A DNA stretch of 32,000 nucleotides from a virus. The stretch covers positions 117,276-149,275 of the IMG/VR virus record IMGVR_UViG_3300033407_000001, one strand, 5' to 3'. This document shows positions 28,896 through 32,000 of this stretch, piece after piece. The notes under the pieces were generated by a model. That model did not search any database and was not told where the DNA came from. It was given only the letters and a program-made list of their open reading frames with translations. Made by a program: the position numbers and the translations under genes. Positions within the stretch are counted from its first letter, which is position 1. Every line of letters starts with the position of its first letter.

Positions 28896-29279
28896 CTATG
28901 GTCTCACCTTGAAGGTCTGGGGAACATCCTCACGTTTGATATCCTCCACAGGCCCATAGGTGACATCGGTGAGAACAAGGCGTTCACTTGCATATTCGCT
29001 CTTGGTGGCATCCAGATCGATCGGAGACCATCTGCATCCTTTCCATTTAACGCCAATCCTACGGGAGTCTCCTTCTGTTCCTCGCTCAAAGAGGAAGACT
29101 TGTGCTAGCGAAACCTCGGAGAGGTGCTCAGCGAGTGTCGGTTCGTCTTTGATATGGGCTCTGATTACCCAGAGGTCGCCAGAGAATGGATCGGTATGAA
29201 TTGAAGTTGCCCCTATGAAGCAGTCCTTGCTTGGAATGTAGAAACCGAATCGGTAGGTGGTGTAGATCTGAAATGCCAT
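28896..29279 (-). CDS. hypothetical protein (127 aa)
   Basis: The ATG lies at the predicted start of the 29286-29314 promoter. Confidence 0.6.
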   Translation of the reverse strand: MAFQIYTTYRFGFYIPSKDCFIGATSIHTDPFSGDLWVIRAHIKDEPTLAEHLSEVSLAQVFLFERGTEGDSRRIGVKWKGCRWSPIDLDATKSEYASERLVLTDVTYGPVEDIKREDVPQTFKVRP

Positions 29280-29285
29280 GGACTA

Positions 29286-29314
29286 TGACTATATCCAACT
29301 GGAGGTATAGTCAA
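29286..29314 (-). promoter_or_regulatory. promoter giving a leaderless start at 29279
   Basis: TTGACU (29309-29314), 17 nt spacer, UAGUCA (29286-29291). The ATG lies 7 nt downstream. Confidence 0.45.
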
Positions 29315-29318
29315 CCGG

Positions 29319-29390
29319 TGGATCTGGAGAGGATTGAACTCTCGGCTTCCTGCATGCCATGCAGGCACTCTCCCACTGAGCTACAGACCC
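29319..29390 (-). tRNA. tRNA-Ala(GGC)
   Basis: GGGUCUG/CAGAUCC with G3:U70, CCUGC-AUGGCAU-GCAGG. No full CCA is encoded. Confidence 0.85.
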
Positions 29391-29398
29391 AAAAATAG

Positions 29399-29471
29399 TG
29401 GAGAAGACGAGAATCGAACTCGCCACAACCGCATTGCAAGTGCAGTTCGCCCCCTTGGAACATGCTTCCCC
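29399..29471 (-). tRNA. tRNA-Ala(UGC)
   Basis: GGGGAAG/CUUCUCC with G3:U70, CUGCA-CUUGCAA-UGCGG. The D region is irregular. No CCA is encoded. Confidence 0.75.
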
Positions 29472-29681
29472 GAAAATTTAACGACCCCTCGCGGAGTCGT
29501 GGGTTTTGTCTTCCTTCAGCGGGGTATCCCCCTCAGGACTCTATCCAGACGCAATCCGTTGCCCTCAGCTCCGTTTTGCTCCCGACCTTCACACCTCCGT
29601 GCAACATCAACTGAGGAGTTAGTTGCAGTGAGGCGACTATTGTGTCGGGCTATGGTTTTACCAGGTCCCACCCTGGATCAA

Positions 29682-29697
29682 TCGTTATTCATGAATA
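29682..29697. promoter_or_regulatory. palindromic operator-like site, copy 1
   Basis: TCGTTATTCATGAATA, whose core TATTCATGAATA is a perfect 12-bp palindrome. Confidence 0.45.
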
Positions 29698-29724
29698 TTC
29701 TCGTATAACCGTACCCTGCGGTGG

Positions 29725-29740
29725 TCGTTATTCATGAATA
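29725..29740. promoter_or_regulatory. palindromic operator-like site, copy 2
   Basis: Identical 16-mer TCGTTATTCATGAATA, 43 bp centre-to-centre from copy 1. Confidence 0.45.
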
Positions 29741-29745
29741 ATTAG

Positions 29746-29817
29746 CGCCCCTGAAGGGAATCGAACCCTCCTCGTCCGGTAGACAGCCGGATAGCCTCGC
29801 CAGATGCTTCCAGGGGC
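29746..29817 (-). tRNA. tRNA-Asp(GUC)
   Basis: GCCCCUG/CAGGGGC, UCCGG-CUGUCUA-CCGGA, GAGGG-UUCGAUU-CCCUU. No CCA is encoded. Confidence 0.85.
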
Positions 29818-30049
29818 AAAGTGTTGTAGAGTCGCAGAATGTTCCAGCAGTTGATCGAGGCCATCCGAATGGAGTCTGCCCAGGGTGGCGGCTCTCAACC
29901 TAGGGTCAAGCAGGCCCACTCTTACAAGGGTCGAATGCACCCTGCTGTTGGTAAGAAGGCACAGCTAAAAGCCTTGAAGGCAAAGGTTCGGCAACAGGGT
30001 AAGAAGCAGTCCCTGATGCCATCTGCAGAATCTCAGTATTGAGATGTAG

Positions 30050-30136
30050 CGGAAGAGAGGAGAGTTGAACTCCTAAGGGCTGTGAAGCCTCGACGGTTTT
30101 CGAAACCGCTGCCGTCGCCAATCGGCTAGCTCTTCC
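30050..30136 (-). tRNA. tRNA-Ser(CGA)
   Basis: Class II tRNA: GGAAGAG/CUCUUCC, GCGGU-UUCGAAA-ACCGU, AGGAG-UUCAACU-CUCCU. No CCA is encoded. Confidence 0.85.
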
Positions 30137-30329
30137 TGGATTGTACTACCAGGGCTACGACATAGGCATTGCTTCCATCATCATGCTCCATGAACTCTTG
30201 CAGATGTGCAGCGCAGGAGTTGTGGTAATCCTCCCATGATGTTGGATTTTCTGGGTGAACAGAGAAGACTGCATTGTCTTTGCAGTCGTGTTCAAAACAG
30301 TTGAGCACTTGAAGTTCTGACATTTTCAA
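30126..30329 (-). CDS. hypothetical protein (67 aa)
   Basis: Track ORF whose UAG stop lies at tRNA-Ser positions 9-11. Confidence 0.55.
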   Translation of the reverse strand: MKMSELQVLNCFEHDCKDNAVFSVHPENPTSWEDYHNSCAAHLQEFMEHDDGSNAYVVALVVQSRKS

Positions 30330-30350
30330 ATTTTAGCACAGCCATAGATG

Positions 30351-30869
30351 TCATCTGAGACGCTGCCTAACATCCATGATGGCAAATCCTAGGAGATTCC
30401 GCCCTCTCCATTGGAGAGGATTCGTTGCCCTGTGGTCATCTTCGGCAAGGCCGATTCCCCAGACTGTGTCGTATGGACTTGCTTCCACGAGGACGGTGTC
30501 AGCGGTGTCGAGAAGCTTAGATTTGAGTATCTCGTTTTGTGTAAATTTAGCCAGGTTGCCAGCAACCACTATCTCATATCTAACCCTGCTCCAGGCGGAG
30601 TCATCGTACAAGCGAACAGCGCGACCAATCTCCTTGGCACTCTTAGGATATGGAGTCGCTAAGACCTTCTCATATGCTACGTTGTCGCCAAAGAATTTAG
30701 CCTTCTCTGACATCATGTAATGTTCTGCCGTTGGGAAGCGAACTCCCTTGACCGAGAATGGGGATGGAGACCATTGGCTGAGAAATCCACCCCAAAACAA
30801 ATGGCAATCCGGTGGAGTCCCAGACCTGGATTCATCCTTTAGCTTTTCAAGAAACTCTTCTGGACTCAT
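30351..30869 (-). CDS. NADAR (YbiA/DUF1768) family protein (172 aa; start trimmed)
   Basis: FWGGFLSQWSPSPF..FPTAEHYMMSEKAKFF..W..KF.Q....LL.T....LVEASPYDTVWGIG..NPLQWRGRNLLG matches the NADAR pattern. ATGA overlap with the upstream gene. Confidence 0.8.
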   Translation of the reverse strand: MSPEEFLEKLKDESRSGTPPDCHLFWGGFLSQWSPSPFSVKGVRFPTAEHYMMSEKAKFFGDNVAYEKVLATPYPKSAKEIGRAVRLYDDSAWSRVRYEIVVAGNLAKFTQNEILKSKLLDTADTVLVEASPYDTVWGIGLAEDDHRATNPLQWRGRNLLGFAIMDVRQRLR

Positions 30870-31522
30870 TTCTTTACTCGGATGACCTCGACACGAACCT
30901 TCGGTGCAGCGATGAGATATTCGTTTTCTTTTGGTCGGAATGATTGGCCAATCGCCATTGAGTAGAACTCGTTGAACCATTTTTCAGTATGAGATGGCGG
31001 AGCAAGAATTGGCTTGATTCCTTTGCCGTCAATGAGCTTGACGATGATGCCTGTCTTCCCTTTTCCTCCGCCGGAGAAGCGATGAGTCGGCTCTTCGTTT
31101 GTTGACCAGGATGAGATACCTCTATTCCGTGTCACATTTAGTACTAGCTTGTCGCCTGGTGATAACTTGGCCATTGGATCATCGTTTGGGACTTTGAATC
31201 CTCTGTAGGATCCAACGGCATCGCTCGGGTCCAGTCGCATGAACTGGCTTAGTACATCGTTGTATTTTATCAGGTTCTTGGCCATCGTTTGGCCTGTGTA
31301 CCAACGCCGAATACTGTGCATGAGTTCGAAGAGATTCTCTTCTGACATTTTGCTTGCCAGTGCCAATACAGGCTTCCTGTGAGGACTATTCCAGTCATGG
31401 ATGGCATCCATGAAAGCGGCCAGATTGAGCCTTGTCGGAGCTGGCATCCGATCGTTACTCTTTATTTTTACTGCCTTCTTAACAGCTTCCAGTCGAAGCT
31501 CTTCTACGAGTGATCCGAACAT
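30866..31522 (-). CDS. candidate R-S-ExE ADP-ribosyltransferase (218 aa)
   Basis: SYRGF (aromatic-Arg), ISSWSTN (S-x-S/STS-like, 31 aa later) and KENEYL (ExE, about 50 aa later) occur in the spacing expected for C3/Alt-like ARTs. Confidence 0.55.
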   Translation of the reverse strand: MFGSLVEELRLEAVKKAVKIKSNDRMPAPTRLNLAAFMDAIHDWNSPHRKPVLALASKMSEENLFELMHSIRRWYTGQTMAKNLIKYNDVLSQFMRLDPSDAVGSYRGFKVPNDDPMAKLSPGDKLVLNVTRNRGISSWSTNEEPTHRFSGGGKGKTGIIVKLIDGKGIKPILAPPSHTEKWFNEFYSMAIGQSFRPKENEYLIAAPKVRVEVIRVKK

Positions 31523-31542
31523 GCGATCACTCTATCATTTAG

Positions 31543-31615
31543 TGGGCCCTGCGAGATTCGAACTCGCGTTTTGTTCGGTTAAGAGCCGAGTGCAATCCAA
31601 TTTTGCTAAGAACCC
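31543..31615 (-). tRNA. tRNA-Lys(CUU)
   Basis: GGGUUCU/AGGGCCC, GCAA..UUGC D arm, loop CUCUUAA, GCGAG-UUCGAAU-CUCGC. No CCA is encoded. Confidence 0.8.
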
Positions 31616-31616
31616 A

Positions 31617-31687
31617 TGGCAGGCAGCCGGGGAATCGAACCCCGCGAGACCGACTTTGGAGATCAGTCTGCTCCCAGAACGCTGCCT
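31617..31687 (-). tRNA. tRNA-Trp(CCA)
   Basis: AGGCAGC/GCUGCCU, compact D arm UCUG-GGAG-CAGA, CUGAU-CUCCAAA-GUCGG. CCA is encoded. Confidence 0.75.
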
Positions 31688-31694
31688 ATAATAG

Positions 31695-31767
31695 TGCCGC
31701 CCCTCGGTATCGAGCCGAGCCCTCTAGTTCTTCAAACTAGCGCTTCCACCTGGTTAGCTTGAGCGGC
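31695..31767 (-). tRNA. tRNA-Phe(GAA)
   Basis: GCCGCUC/GGGCGGC, CUAGU-UUGAAGA-ACUAG, T arm CUCGG-CUCGAUA-CCGAG (unusual T-loop). No CCA is encoded. Confidence 0.8.
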
Positions 31768-31774
31768 AATAAGA

Positions 31775-31794
31775 GGGGGCAGGCTAACGCCCCC
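31775..31794 (-). terminator. hairpin, weak terminator candidate
   Basis: GGGGGC-8 nt-GCCCCC followed by UCUUAUU on the - strand, after a possible 34-aa ORF (about 31806-31910). Confidence 0.35.
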
Positions 31795-31916
31795 GCATCG
31801 TAAACTATTTAATTATCAGAACTTTTTGCCTTGCCGGTGCGAGGTCTTTTTCTTGCCGATAGTGCCGTTCACCCTGGCTGCACGGTGGCTGCGCTCGTGT
31901 CACAAACATTTCAGCT

Positions 31917-31990
31917 TGGTTGAGGAGGAGGGATTTGAACCCCCGTAAATCGGGTCAGAGCCGATTATCTTGCCGCTAGATCACTCCTCA
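31917..31990 (-). tRNA. tRNA-Gln(CUG)
   Basis: UGAGGAG/CUCCUCA, AUCGG-CUCUGAC-CCGAU, GGGGG-UUCAAAU-CCCUC. CCA is encoded. Confidence 0.85.
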
Positions 31991-32000
31991 ATAGTGTTAG

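Noticed and set aside
29472-29745. tmRNA (possibly two-piece), suggested by the adjacent G3:U70 Ala-type tRNA
   Set aside because: There is no tag reading frame with a resume codon and a ..AA-stop ending. There is no tRNA-like 3' domain beyond the complete tRNA-Ala itself, and no recognisable pseudoknot pattern.
29839-30042. 67-aa + strand basic ORF (and an alternative 38-aa - strand ORF at 29906-30022)
   Set aside because: It has no SD or promoter and would be the only + strand gene in this stretch. The two overlapping candidates cannot be distinguished from sequence alone, so the region is left unannotated.
1-32000. Alternative genetic code (stop-codon reassignment), as seen in some tRNA-rich huge phages
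   Set aside because: ORFs are long, contiguous and tightly packed under the standard code. I found no canonical suppressor anticodon loop (CUA, UUA or UCA at positions 34-36). The only in-frame stop of note is the RF gene's UAG.

Overview
This window looks like a densely packed segment of a large (jumbo-type) bacteriophage genome, about 50% GC and read with the standard genetic code. About 60 mostly short ORFs are interleaved with roughly 47 tRNA or tRNA-like genes, all of the latter on the minus strand. Every call was made by eye from the sequence and the ORF track, with no database searches, so tRNA ends may be off by 1-2 nt.

Recognisable proteins:
- Translation and RNA: an RF1-like release factor lacking domain 1, a Pth2-type peptidyl-tRNA hydrolase, and a Ro60/Rsr-like TROVE+vWA protein.
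- Ubiquitin-like cassette: JAB, a beta-grasp candidate and a minimal E1, with no E2.
- ADP-ribosylation: an R-S-ExE ADP-ribosyltransferase overlapping a NADAR gene by ATGA.
- Others: three HNH endonucleases, a PPP phosphatase, a HAD hydrolase, a SLOG/DUF2493 protein, an S24 peptidase domain, a REC-like protein and an RHH regulator.

Most interesting observations:
1. At 8700-9681, six consecutive tRNA-type genes share one co-varying RNA module. Three of them are circularly permuted (T-arm, acceptor 3' strand, CCA, linker, acceptor 5' strand, D arm, anticodon arm). Two carry the module as a 62 or 68 nt insertion in the variable loop. One intact tRNA is bracketed by it.
2. The RF1-like gene is split by an in-frame UAG inside GGAG..CUU UAG CUA CGA. 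This mimics the prfB +1 frameshift site but uses the stop codon that RF1 reads.
3. The layout resembles mitochondrial tRNA punctuation. ATG codons abut or share the A of an encoded CCA, and stop codons are supplied by tRNA positions 8-10.
4. Several tRNAs are aberrant: one has G3:U70 with a UCU-type loop, one tRNA-like gene is 109 nt, one class I tRNA has anticodon UAA, and several have A34 anticodons.
5. A TTGACAAT promoter-like motif recurs, often placing the ATG at the predicted transcription start (leaderless).
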